A program made the position numbers and the translations under genes. DNA of 63,092 nucleotides, counting the filler, from Tortispora ganteri (lineage: Eukaryota): the NCBI GenBank assembly GCA_003707115.1. It is 27 parts of 27 records of this genome, joined end to end, with 100 filler letters (N's around TTAATTAATTAA, not from the genome) between each part and the next. Parts side by side here need not be neighbours in the genome. Positions count along the whole stretch, not along the records: positions 1 to 2,646 come from PPNB01000120.1; positions 2,747 to 5,318 come from PPNB01000122.1; positions 5,419 to 7,967 come from PPNB01000123.1; positions 8,068 to 10,615 come from PPNB01000124.1; positions 10,716 to 13,202 come from PPNB01000126.1; 22 more parts are not named here. One strand, given 5' to 3'. Under the pieces are notes generated by a model that saw nothing but the letters and a program-made list of their open reading frames with translations, did not search any database and was not told where the DNA came from. Below are positions 1 to 11,129 of the stretch, one piece after another. Each line of letters opens with the position of its first letter. Position 1 is the first letter of the stretch.

Positions 1-427
1 CCGCAGACAGCGCCACCGTCCAGAAAATGAATCCACGGCGCTGCACGATTGGGCCTGACATCGCCTTCGTTGGTGTTAATACTTTTAGTTGGTAGAGAAT
101 ATTCAGCCCGTCGTGCGTAAAATACAACGCCATGCCTAGCTGGCGCAATAGCACAGAGTAACGCAAAAGTGGGTCGCCTTGTTTGTTGTCGAGCGCCTTT
201 GCCGCAAGCTGCAAATGCGACAATGGTTTACCCAGACGAAATATCTTGCGCGACATAGCGAGCTGACCCATAAGCGTCCGCCATCGCGCTGCCTGCGCAG
301 GATCGAGCGCCAACAGTAATCGCGCCACATACTGCGCAAGACGCACAAGTTTGTCACGGCCTTGCGCCCGATTCAAAAATCGCACAAGCTGCGTATAAAT
401 AGGATGGTAAACAATAGCTTCTTTCAT
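1..427 (-). CDS. PEX11: Peroxisomal membrane protein Pex11 (3' part runs off the window; absent from the ORF track)
   Basis: Manual translation from ATG at 427: MKEAIVYHPIYTQLVRFLNRAQGRDKLVRLAQYVARLL...MSRKIFRLGKPLSHLQLAAKALDNK..DPLLRY..., open to position 1. Matches the Pex11 N-terminus (VYHP...FL...GRDK.LR..QY.AR; RK..R.GKPL.HL). Confidence 0.9.
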   Translation of the reverse strand, partial: MKEAIVYHPIYTQLVRFLNRAQGRDKLVRLAQYVARLLLALDPAQAARWRTLMGQLAMSRKIFRLGKPLSHLQLAAKALDNKQGDPLLRYSVLLRQLGMALYFTHDGLNILYQLKVLTPTKAMSGPIVQRRGFIFWTVALSA

Positions 428-592
428 GAATTCTGGTCCAAAAGGTGTGCCTCGGTAGAGAAAGAATCAAAAATCTGGGGTTGAGATGTGCGCCCACTCA
501 AGGAGAACCCCTTTTCCACTACTGGTTGTCATGTGATTGGCCGTTGAGCCGCGGGGCTCCCAGTCTGCTTCAGTCTGCTTCAGCCAAAAATA

Positions 593-1291
593 ATGCTTGT
601 CGGCATTAGCGGCGCCACCAGCAGCGGCAAGTCGACTATCGTGAAAATACTCAGTCAGTTGCTGAAAAACGTCACTGTGATCCATCAGGACGACTTCTAC
701 AAATCCGACGATGAGATACCTGTGCACAATGGGATCGCGGATTGGGATTGCAAGGAGGCTATCAAGGTCGATGAGCTCTATGACGTCTTGGCTGAAGCTC
801 GAGCAACAGGGAATGTGAAAGAGCATACGTCATTCGAGGGCAAACTAGATAAGTTTAGTGAACTGTTAAACGACCACGAACTGCAACTCCTTGCTGCAAA
901 GGTCAATGCACAAATAGACAAGAACAATACCAAAATAATTATAGTTGATGGTTTTATGCTCTACTTAGACGACCGATTCCTCAATCTATTTGACAAAAAA
1001 TATCTGGTATATGCACCATACCACGTTTTGAAGGCTCGAAGAGAAAACAGAAAGGGATACTATACTGAACAAGGATTCTGGGAAGACCCCAAAGGATACT
1101 TTGACACGATCGTGTGGCCAGCATATGTTAAAGAAAACGGCAAATATTTCAAAGACCCTTTGAACTGTACAGGTGGACGCAGTGCGTATTCTGAAGAGAA
1201 TGGTGTAGTTCTCTTGTTCAGTGAACAAGATGGTATTAAGGCCATTATCGCGCACATCTTGAAGGACCTGTCGAGTATCTTAGAAATTTGA
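593..1291 (+). CDS. NRK1: Nicotinamide riboside kinase
   Basis: P-loop GISGATSSGKST, IHQDDFYK, DWDC..AI, IIVDGFMLY, RR..R.GY.T..GFWEDP.GYF...VWP.Y are typical of Nrk1. Confidence 0.9.
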   Translation: MLVGISGATSSGKSTIVKILSQLLKNVTVIHQDDFYKSDDEIPVHNGIADWDCKEAIKVDELYDVLAEARATGNVKEHTSFEGKLDKFSELLNDHELQLLAAKVNAQIDKNNTKIIIVDGFMLYLDDRFLNLFDKKYLVYAPYHVLKARRENRKGYYTEQGFWEDPKGYFDTIVWPAYVKENGKYFKDPLNCTGGRSAYSEENGVVLLFSEQDGIKAIIAHILKDLSSILEI

Positions 1292-1353
1292 ATTAAGTGT
1301 GCCACCAAACGTACCGGTATGTCAATTTGAATATCATACTTCCCTCTATAACT

Positions 1354-2319
1354 CTATACCGGAGTGGGTTCAGAAAGATTAACTAAAAGTTGGTTCAAAC
1401 ACCTTTTGGTGTTGGGGTCATCACGCAGCACCGGGGAGAAAAAGCCAGTTCGAAGCTGCTCCGGAAGGCACTGCCTAAGGGCTTCACGCGCGCGTGGATT
1501 GTCGGACAAACGCAAATAGCATCTAACAACATGTTTTAATAAACGAGGAGCTGGTTCTTCGACTAATTGGGTAATCATGTTAGCCAACACTGTACCTACA
1601 GCATAAAATCGCTCGTAGGACTGGCAAACGTATGCGAGCCCCATATCGCTTAATAGTATTTTTTGAACAACGAAAATCGCAACAGTCTTGGACAGTTCGG
1701 AACCGAATTCCATTATTCGCAAAGCTAGCGGAATGACTTCGGTAGAAAGTAAAAAGTCTATAACAGCAGGGGAATCGTTCTTGACGAGCGCGCCAATTAC
1801 CCCTAAAGAGGTTAATCTAAGGTATTCAAACTGTTTCGATTTAGAGGTGGTATTGAGAAATGGATAGAGATATAGCGGTAAATGAGCCTCAAGGAATGGC
1901 ACTTTTGTTTCGGGGTGTGATGCCACACATTGTAGAAGACTAAGACAATTACATACTCTATTCGCAGCTTGTACTGACAAGTTCTGCGTAGCTAGTGCTG
2001 GGTATATCGAGAGCATTTCGTCAAGTAAGATAGTCATTATGCCGAATCCATTCCATAAAAATAACGCTAAATCTTCGTATTGTTCCCGCCTCTTTCCAAG
2101 TTCCAATAGTGCATGATCCCTAGTCGATTCATTATAAAGGTCAGCGAGCCATTCATAGACCTGAGGATCGTCTCTGACCAGCATAGTTGCGCCAGGTCCA
2201 GATCCCTGCGCGGGTACCTGTGCCATCCCAGGACCATTACTAGGTTTCCGATTAGCCACTGGTTCGGAAATGTATGATCTATCAGCCCATTCTGCTGCAA
2301 ATCCAGCAGGTTGCGCCAT
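1354..2319 (-). CDS. CAF40: CCR4-NOT subunit Caf40/Rcd1 (CNOT9)
   Basis: [96 protein letters not shown]. First in-frame ATG is at 2319; the track start at 2346 is TTG. Confidence 0.95.
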   Translation of the reverse strand: MAQPAGFAAEWADRSYISEPVANRKPSNGPGMAQVPAQGSGPGATMLVRDDPQVYEWLADLYNESTRDHALLELGKRREQYEDLALFLWNGFGIMTILLDEMLSIYPALATQNLSVQAANRVCNCLSLLQCVASHPETKVPFLEAHLPLYLYPFLNTTSKSKQFEYLRLTSLGVIGALVKNDSPAVIDFLLSTEVIPLALRIMEFGSELSKTVAIFVVQKILLSDMGLAYVCQSYERFYAVGTVLANMITQLVEEPAPRLLKHVVRCYLRLSDNPRAREALRQCLPEQLRTGFFSPVLRDDPNTKRCLNQLLVNLSEPTPV

Positions 2320-2646
2320 GTTTTGATTGCTATGTGGATATAGCAACGTTTGTCACTTTCTAGGTAGGTTTTGGCTATGATCGTTCCGCCAAAATTGACT
2401 AGACGAAAACTCTAAATGCCCAAAAAGCTCTAGGTGCTAATTCTTTATGTTGATATTATCTTAGCAACTGAGAACCTATCTGGCTAGGTTCCCTAACCCC
2501 AATTCATATCATATAAAAGGAAGCACCCAACCTACCTTGAACCTTAGACAATTGCAAGCGGTAAGCTTACAAGTGTTGGATCACTCTAGTATAGCATACG
2601 TGAGGTGGATCCTAGGTTACGTGAAACTACCGGGGTTCCCTCATTA

Positions 2647-2746
2647 NNNNNNNNNNNNNNNNNNNNNNNNNNNNNNNNNNNNNNNNNNNNTTAATTAATT
2701 AANNNNNNNNNNNNNNNNNNNNNNNNNNNNNNNNNNNNNNNNNNNN
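2647..2746. other. Artificial 100-bp contig linker (first of 26)
   Basis: 44 N + TTAATTAATTAA (stops in all six frames) + 44 N. The others begin at 5319, 7968, 10616, 13203, 15722, 18235, 20746, 23219, 25682, 28119, 30547, 32958, 35267, 37553, 39838, 42098, 44304, 46504, 48698, 50884, 53038, 55151, 57145, 59131 and 61114. Contig sizes decrease monotonically. Confidence 0.99.
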
Positions 2747-4724
2747 TAAGCCTAGCAGCTTCTTTCTTTTGCGCTTTTTCTGCTTCAACCTTAACTTTTT
2801 CTTCGCGTTGTTTAACAAGTTCAGCAATCTCTTCTTCTGAAAGGAATTTGATCAATGCAGCTGCGTCTTTTCTGTCGTCCAAACTAACGCCTATTTTTGG
2901 CAATGTAATGTCTCGCATTTCGTCGCATAATTTAAGAATATCTTTGGTGGAACCGTTATTCATAGCAATATTGCGTATATTGTCGCGGAACGAGGATAGT
3001 GCTTTCACGTAAGGTAGAACAACTTCTTCCTTATTATTAAGGCCAACCTCGCCCGAACTAGTCGTAGGCCAGCCTATGCGATCGTCATTTGAATTGAGCC
3101 CAAATATGTCAAGCATACGCGTGATATATCTAGCAATTTCTGTAACGGCTGAAAGACCAGGTTTGGTGGAGGATTTGAGGTATACGTTGACATTCTGAAT
3201 TAGCTCGAGCAAGACTGTGATAGCAGAAGGAGTAGACAGGTTGTCGCACAGAGCATCATGTACTGCCACACGTGCTTCATCAAGTTTCTTGAACAGTTCT
3301 AGCTCGTCATTTTCCACCCTTGTAGGGCTATCAGCCTTATCAGCGCGCTCGCGTAGTAGCGCGTGAACATTTGTGAAGAACTTAGTGAAAGTAGAGTCGA
3401 CAGCGCGCACTTCGGAGAGCAAGCTTTCCTTGAAGTCCAGCGGTTTGTTCCATTGTTGCATTATAAAGACAAGTCGTATTTGACGAGCAGAGTACTTCTT
3501 GAGACCGTCTTTAATGGTGATGAAGTTCTTAAGACTCTTACTCATTTTCTGACCTTCTATATGTAGATGACCAGTGTGCAAAAAATAGTTGATCCATTGA
3601 GGACAATCGAAACAGGCTTCAGACTGGGCGAGTTCGTTATCATGATGTGGAAACGCAAGATCTATACCGCCTGAATGAATATCTATATTGGGCCCAAGTA
3701 TTTTAGAGGCCATAGCCGAGCACTCTATGTGCCAGCCAGGACGACCTTTACCCCAGGGAGAGTCCCAAAAGGGCTCGCCCGGTTTGGAACTTTTCCATAG
3801 CGCAAAGTCATTAGGATGGCGTTTTGGTCCTTTAGCGGAAAGACTTCCTTCACCTTCTTCTATAAGCGCCTGTTGGCCTTTACTCTCCGGTTGGAGCTTG
3901 ACGTATGTGTGGCCTTCGGCTTCATCAAAAGCAACGGTGTCAAAATACACTGTTCCGTCGACCTCATAACCGTAGCCCTTTTTGACAATCTCCTCAACAA
4001 AGGTAACAATCTCAGGCATGTACTCTGAGACTCGAGTGACTGCCGATGGCGGAAGTACATTGAGTGCGGCCATATCCTTATTGAAGTCGTTCTCCCAGTA
4101 GGCGGCGAGTTTTCTGAAAATCGAAGAATCTGTGATTGTTGCACCCTGTGTCTTGTCAAGATAGAGGACAAGGACGTCATGTGCGAGTTCGTAAAACTTA
4201 TCCTTGTCAGTGTCTGAGAGCTCTAAGGCGCGTTTTGCGTCGTACAGAGCAGCCCGGTGGACCTTTTCAGAGACAGGGGTACTTGTTGAAACAGGTTCAA
4301 TAGTTTCCAAAACGACACCTGGTAGTTTACAATCTGCATATACGGGCCAGGCTTTCTGTAAAGTAATTTTTGCATCAGCTACAGAAGTGGATGAAGAGAA
4401 TTGTTCAAAAAGGTGGTTTTGTCTTGCACGAACGATAATTTTATCGTCGACGTCTGTCACATTCTGTACAAATTCGATATCGTAGCCAAAATAGTCACGC
4501 AAAACGCGTCTTGAAATATCAGTAGAAACGTAATTGCGCGCGTGGCCCATATGTGCTGCATCATAGACAGTAGGTCCGCAGCAGTACCATGTTATCTTGT
4601 TAGACTTGGTTACAAACGGAACTTTTGATTTTGTCAGCGAGTTATATACATTGATACCTTTAGCAGTACCTTCAGGTTTGATCCAGGACATTTTAGAAAA
4701 AAGGCGGATAAAGCCTAGACGCAT
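2747..4724 (-). CDS. CRS1: Cysteinyl-tRNA synthetase, copy/allele A (3' truncated by contig end)
   Basis: WYCCGPTVYDAAHMGHAR (HIGH), DFALWK, GRPGWHIECSAM, FPHHDNELAQSEA, KMSKS. Confidence 0.96.
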
Positions 4725-4906
4725 ACAAAAAAGTTCCTACAAAGAGTCACTGTCGTTTAGAAGAAAATTGAGTATTTTGACAATACCCAAAGTAGGGTTG
4801 TGCCAATTTCAACTAATGATGTGAAATGTTGGCATAGCAACTACATCTCCCAGTTCCTTTTCGATCTTTACTGGATAATCTGTTTTGAGGCTAGGCGTTC
4901 AAAAAA

Positions 4907-5318
4907 ATGAAGGATATGAATATTGTTGTAATAGGCATGGCTGGTAGCGGCAAAACGTCGTTTGTGCGTGCATTTTACAAATACTGCAAGCGCCAGAAGG
5001 AATCGTGCTATACGATCAACCTTGATCCGGCAGTGACTTCGACACCATACAAATGCAACATTGATATTCGTGATTCGGTTAACTATAAGAAAGTCATGGA
5101 AGAATACCGTCTCGGTCCTAACGGTGCTATTATGACGTCGTTAAATTTATTCACTACAAAGATTGATCAAGTTGTTTCAATAGTGGAGAAGAAGAAGGGC
5201 TACGTCATTGTTGACACCCCGGGACAAATCGAGGCATTCATATGGTCAGCAACAGGTCCGATCGTCACAGAAGCGCTTGCAACGGCGCATCCGACAGTTG
5301 TCGTGTACGTTATCGACA
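4907..5318 (+). CDS. NPA3: GPN-loop GTPase Npa3/Gpn1 (3' truncated)
   Basis: GMAGSGKT, NLDPAV, IDIRDSVNYKKVMEEY.LGPNGAIMTSLNLF, DTPGQIE.F.WSA.G. Confidence 0.93.
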
Positions 5319-5947
5319 NNNNNNNNNNNNNNNNNNNNNNNNNNNNNNNNNNNNNNNNNNNNTTAATTAATTAANNNNNNNNNNNNNNNNNNNNNNNNNN
5401 NNNNNNNNNNNNNNNNNNTCAAGACCACTAAACGACGTTAATTCATTGTAAAGCTTTATATGACGATAAACATCAATATTTTATAGTGATTCAGTAGCAC
5501 CCGGAACGAGCTTTTCGAATTTCGCTAAGGTTATAAGTTGACGTGATATTGTTGTCATTCTTGTACTTTTATAGCTCCAGCACTGCGCCTTGTTTTTATA
5601 ATAGCGACCTCAAGAGGCTTCTATATCAAATGCGCCAAGATAGCTAAAATTTGTCACTTGATAGTCAAGAGACACAGACGATATGAATCCATCCATGTTA
5701 TTGTTTAGCGCTATCATGGACTCGATATCTAAGTAAGGGTGGCGGGGGTTTTTATATATATTGAATTACCATTTCGGGACGTCACGTGCTTTCTACATAC
5801 TCCCATTCCGAACTGTCCCAATCGGGAAATTTCTTAAACTCTATCTTACCCATCTAATCTCCGCTATCGCCGAGATTAGTCTCCATTCCCCTTCAATTCT
5901 CTCTCTCTACTCCCGTCCCCACACTCCTTGAAACGATCAATTTATAA

Positions 5948-7967
5948 CTACAAATATATACTATATGGGAGAGTTTCAAACGAAATCCTAAACGGGGCCA
6001 CCCTTTCACCGTAGAACACAAATCGCAATGGCGTCCACCCCTCCGACAATGGCATATCAATAAACCAAGTGTCCCCTGACTTCGATGAGTACACGCCTTT
6101 CCATCCACCGCTTCCGATTGCCTCTATGTCCCCGCACCTCATCCCGCTTTCCCCAACAAACATATACGCTAAGAAGAAAGGGTACCCATAGGCTTCCATT
6201 ATCCGGTTCGGTCCCTGAACATATCCCAGCGCCTCCCACACTGTATTGACCTTATTGTAGTTGATATCTAGAATAGTCCCAGAAAATTGCACCTCAACCT
6301 CACTAGAATTCCCCACCCGATACTTCCCATCGGCTACCTCCGTTTCATTGTACTCCCTAAGGTCCACCGCCCACCCTCTTGCCAGTAGCGTCTGCGACGG
6401 TTTGCACGGGCAAGCATTGGACACCACTCCGCAGCTGCTGCTACTCGAGGCGCTAGAACTCCACTGAGCTGAGCTGGATACGCTCGAACTGACACTCGAA
6501 CTGGGACTTGAACTTGAACTCGAACTCAAACTAGAACTCAAACTAGAACTCAAACTAGAACTCAGACTAGAACTCAAACTAGAACTCAGACTAGAACTCA
6601 AACTAGAACTAGAACTAGAACTAGAACTCAAACTAGAACTAGAACTAGAACTAGAACTAGAACTAGAACTAGAACTAGAACTAGAACTAGAACTAGAACT
6701 AGAACTAGAACTAGAACTAGAACTAGAACTAGAACTAGAACTAGAACTAGAACTAGAACTAGAACTAGAACTCAAACTAGAACTAGAACTCAGACTAGAA
6801 CTCAGACTAGAACTGGAACTCAAACTAGAACTCAGACTAGAACTCAAACTAGAACTCAGACTAGAACTCAAACTAGAACTAGAACTAGAACTAGAACTCA
6901 AACTAGAACTAGAACTAGAACTCAAACTAGAACTCGAACTCAGACTAGAACTAGAACTAGGACTCAGACTAGAACTAGGATTAACTGGCTCTGGTGATCC
7001 ACTTGCAGAACCATATACTGAAATAGTTATTGTCTCGCCGCTGATCGTAGTGAACATCACACTCACAGTCACAATGACTCCGCCCTGACGCTTGAATTGA
7101 CCCGCCAATCCAAAGCCCGCAACAGGAATCACTATACGAATTGGGAACAAATATCCACCGTCAAAGTCCACCGGAAAACTTGCCTTGAACCCATTCGAAC
7201 TGTCCAGAGAGCCAGTCCCAGAAGTCCCAGAAGTGCCAATAAGCTCCATGTTATCGCACCGCATGGCCAATTCACCCTCGTACACGTACGCATAAGTATC
7301 TGCAAAGTTACTAGCATCCTTTGCCTGTACATCTACAAACCCAACGTCGCCTGATGGTTCAACGTAAAACAAGTACTCAAAATAGCCCTGTTCCGATACT
7401 GATGCCAATATAGAGTTTGACGAAACTCTCGCGGTCACATTGTCTCGTTGGTAGTTCCTGTACTCACCGTTCTGGATATCGCTCGACGACAAGTCTACCG
7501 CACCCTCGAATATAGCGGCAAATACTTCGCCTGCCCTGTAGGCAGGTCTGGTTGAGCATGCGTCTGCAGGCACTGTCGTGTGGGCTGTCGTTGGAACAGT
7601 TACTGTAGCTGTGGTGGGTGGCGTAGCGGGGTGCGTAGGCGGACGCCGAGGTACTATAGTCTCCGTGATAATAACTGGAATCTCAATAGAAACGTGCACG
7701 TCAACCGACACGGACATAGACACGGACTCGTAGTATGACCAGACATAGGTACAGTCGTCTTTGACGACCGGCGGACTAGGTACATAGGTCACCGTAGCGG
7801 GTGTGCATTGGTTGCAGTACCAGCCTGAAACTGTAGACACATAAGGCGCGCATTGGTCGTCGTAGACAGTCGCACGTGTAGTACCAGACTCAGAAGTATA
7901 CAAACGTCCGTAGACAGTAGAAGTTTCAACAGGTGGGCTGCAAATGAGCGTGTTCGTTTCCACGATA
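5948..7967 (-). CDS. Putative adhesin/cell-surface protein, subfamily A copy 1 (5' truncated): Cys-rich module, PA14/GLEYA-like domain 1, poly-Ser stalk, variable domain 2
   Basis: CSPP...GWYCNQC...PP..DCTYVWSYYE module; domain 1 ends FPIRIV and domain 2 has WTPLRFV (compare the YYPIRI motif of PA14/GLEYA adhesins); (AGTTCT)n stalk; no GPI-type hydrophobic tail. The domain assignment is by motif only. Confidence 0.75.
6500..6980. repeat. Coding microsatellite (AGTTCT)n with AGTTTG interruptions (poly-Ser/SSSL)
   Basis: Hexamer tandem repeat. Longer or shorter versions are at about 33210-34040 and 38440-38785. Confidence 0.95.
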
Positions 7968-8067
7968 NNNNNNNNNNNNNNNNNNNNNNNNNNNNNNNNN
8001 NNNNNNNNNNNTTAATTAATTAANNNNNNNNNNNNNNNNNNNNNNNNNNNNNNNNNNNNNNNNNNNN

Positions 8068-9734
8068 GATGACACTACAGACGAGGTAGAGCCAGAGGAT
8101 GACGCTGAGTTAGACGACGCTGATCCAGACGATGACACTACAGACGAGGTAGAGCCAGATGACGCAGAGCCAGATGAAGCAGATCCAGATGACGCTGATC
8201 CAGATGACGCTGAGTTAGACGACGCTGAGCCAGAGGATGACGCTGAGTTAGACGACGCTGAGTTAGACGACGCTGAGTTAGACGACGCTGAGTTAGACGA
8301 CGCTGATTCAGACGAGGCAGATCCAGACGAGGAAGAGCCAGAGGATGACGCTGAGTTAGACGAGGCAGATCCAGAGGAGACAGAGCCAGAGGATGACGCT
8401 GAGTTAGACGACGCTGATCCAGACGATGCTGATCCAGACGATGACACTACAGACGAGGTAGAGCCAGACGAGGCAGAGCCAGAGGAAGCTGAACCAGAGG
8501 AGACAGAGCCAGAGGATGCTGAGTCAGACGAGGCAGATCCAGAAGACGCAGAGCCAGAGGATGACGCTGAGTCAGACGAGGCAGAGCCAGACGAGGCAGA
8601 GCCAGACGATGACACTACAGACGAGGTAGAGCCAGACGAGGCAGAGCCAGAGGAAGCTGAGCCAGACGACGCTGAGTTAGACGACGCTGAATTAGACGAC
8701 GCTGAGTTAGACGACGCTGAGTTAGACGACGCTGAATTAGACGACGCTGATTCAGACGACGCAGATCCAGACGACACTGAGCCAGACGACGCTGAGTTAG
8801 ACGACGCTGAGTTAGACGACGCTGATTCAGACGAGGCAGATCCAGACGAGGAAGAGCCAGAGGATGACGCTGAGTTAGACGAGGCAGAGCCAGAGGAAGC
8901 TGAGCCAGACGACGCTGAGTTAGACGACGCTGAATTAGACGACGCTGATTCAGACGACGCAGATCCAGACGACACTGAGCCAGACGACGCTGAGCCAAAA
9001 GCAGAATTGGAACCTGTTCCAGAGCTAAAGCTAAAGCTAGACATAGATTCGTCAGATAAGGAAGAGCTCGGCTCAGTAGGCGTAGGGTTAGCCGAAGCAG
9101 ACGTGACAGTTGTGTCAGCTGAAGTTGTAGTTATTAAAGACGAAGCAGATCTAATCTCTGGTGGTAAGACCGAATGAGGTAGAGAAGTGATCGTACGTGA
9201 TCCGGCTGCCGGAGGCAGCAGTGTTCCGGAAGGAGGAATTGTAGTTGTTATTATCACGGGTACTTCAATAGAGATATCTATATCTATCCTTATTGATATA
9301 GATACTTCCTCATAGTAAGACCAGACATAGGTACAGTCATTAGTGACTAGAGGAGGAGAAGGGATACAGGATATAACAGTAGGAACGCACTGATTGCAAT
9401 ACCAACCTGTCGGGATAGTTTGATAGGGTGAGCATGAGTGATCATAAGCAGTTACCGGTGTAGCTTCAGGGACACCGCCTGCACCACCTGCAGTACCACC
9501 AGAAAAGACATTAGTGTATCCGAAATCATTTGGATTTCCAGAGTCAGAGGCGTGAGAGGTGTATCCACGTCCATAGACTGTCGTGGTAGTGACAACAGGA
9601 GGATCGCAGACCAGGGTCTGCCACTCGGTGACGGTGCTCCATACGACGTTCTGCTCTTCCGGAATAGCTAGGGCTGCGGGATCTGCAGCCGGATGGGCTG
9701 CGCGCGCAGCGAGTGCATTCCACAAGTGAGGCAT
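8068..9734 (-). CDS. Family member with Cys-rich N-terminal module and SSGSA/SSNSA pentapeptide repeats (3' truncated)
   Basis: LVCDPPVVTTTTVYGR...GWYCNQC.P....PSPPLVTNDCTYVWSYYE followed by 15-bp tandem repeats. An in-frame TGA lies upstream of the ATG. Confidence 0.75.
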
Positions 9735-10715
9735 AAGTCGCAGCGTACAGAGATAACGACGGATATGTTTTCAGTATCGATTGAAGTTGTTGCTTTGCCG
9801 AGTAGAAGAGGATGTCAATAGTACTAAAAATGATTAAGTGGCATTATCCGGCGAAAGCTATTCTTATAAGAGAGATAGAAAGTAAAATGACACTAGCAAC
9901 TGAGAGAACGCCATTGCTCCAGTAGCTCGTAGCAGAACGATTAGTACGAAACTATAATCTGTTCGATTAAAGCTTATTATTAAATAACTAGTACTAGTGG
10001 AAAGGTGCTAATGTACAAGCCAAAAATAGTAGTAGCAAAAGCTACATAGCTGGCTGTTCGCCGGGAATATTATTTTAGAATAATTAAATAAGCACGGCCA
10101 TTTGAAAAGTATTTATACTGTAATTGGTGTGCTAAAAGTGGAGTTTAGCTGCGAATTTGTAGAAAAAATAGTCATACACGTCGCCACAATGTCAAAAGGT
10201 GAAGCGAGAAAGCGTGACAGTAGTAGTGCATCCGTGGCATTAAAGCGTCATTGGCCAGCACATAAAATAGAAATAATTTGAACCTTATACGTAATAAGGT
10301 TATTTTTGAAAATAGACAGCCACGAAATAATATATAATTTGAAGCTTATAAGTTAAAAGGTTCCTTAAAAAAGTAGAATAGAGTTTGACTGTGCTAACTA
10401 CGTAAAAGGTTTAGACGGGTGGGCATGGCAACGGTACTAATTTTAGACTGCACAGATGCGACCACCATTAAGTAGAAGCGGGCTGCTTAAATTAAAAATG
10501 CATGAATTCAAAGCCTCTATCGCGTAGAATCGGAAAAAAAAGAAAATCAAGTCCATATGATTCTAGTATAAGGACAATTTATTTTTCTGGTGATATAATC
10601 TAAACAAACTCTTATNNNNNNNNNNNNNNNNNNNNNNNNNNNNNNNNNNNNNNNNNNNNTTAATTAATTAANNNNNNNNNNNNNNNNNNNNNNNNNNNNN
10701 NNNNNNNNNNNNNNN

Positions 10716-10940
10716 CATCTCTCGAGAGAAGATTATTATGCAATCGTGCTCTTGATACGGGCTTCTTCATCGGATATTCGAGGGCGGAACCAACAAACAC
10801 ACCAGACAGAAGATACACCAGCTTTCGATGCCCAGCTGGCTCGCATATGCGAGCTGATCGATATGGAAGACGATGCACAAATGTGGGACAACAATATCCT
10901 GCACACTATGCAACCCAATGAAGCCAATGCTGCAGCCTAA
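10716..10940 (+). CDS. C-terminal fragment of an unknown protein
   Basis: Frame open from the contig start to TAA at 10940 (...PAFDAQLARICELIDMEDDAQMWDNNILHTMQPNEANAAA*); no recognised motif. Confidence 0.4.
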   Translation, partial: HLSREDYYAIVLLIRASSSDIRGRNQQTHQTEDTPAFDAQLARICELIDMEDDAQMWDNNILHTMQPNEANAAA

Positions 10941-11129
10941 TACCAGATTTCTCTACTATGAGAGTCATTCAAGGCCTTTGCGTTCGATTTCAAGGTGCTG
11001 GAACATATATTACAGTAGTATAATAAAATTAAACTTTAGTTAACCCTAACAGCCAAATGGTTGCTAGGGAAACAAGTGATGTGTACGGGTATAGAATGCA
11101 CTGGCATTGGTGTAAATTCCCAAAATAAG

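Noticed and set aside
2691..2702. Recurrent TTAATTAATTAA and ORFs ending in X..LIN
   Set aside because: Artificial six-frame stop linker, not biological.
5948..6435. Diversity-generating retroelement as the source of hypervariability
   Set aside because: No template repeat or DGR-type RT is seen, the only RT is copia, and the changes do not appear adenine-restricted.
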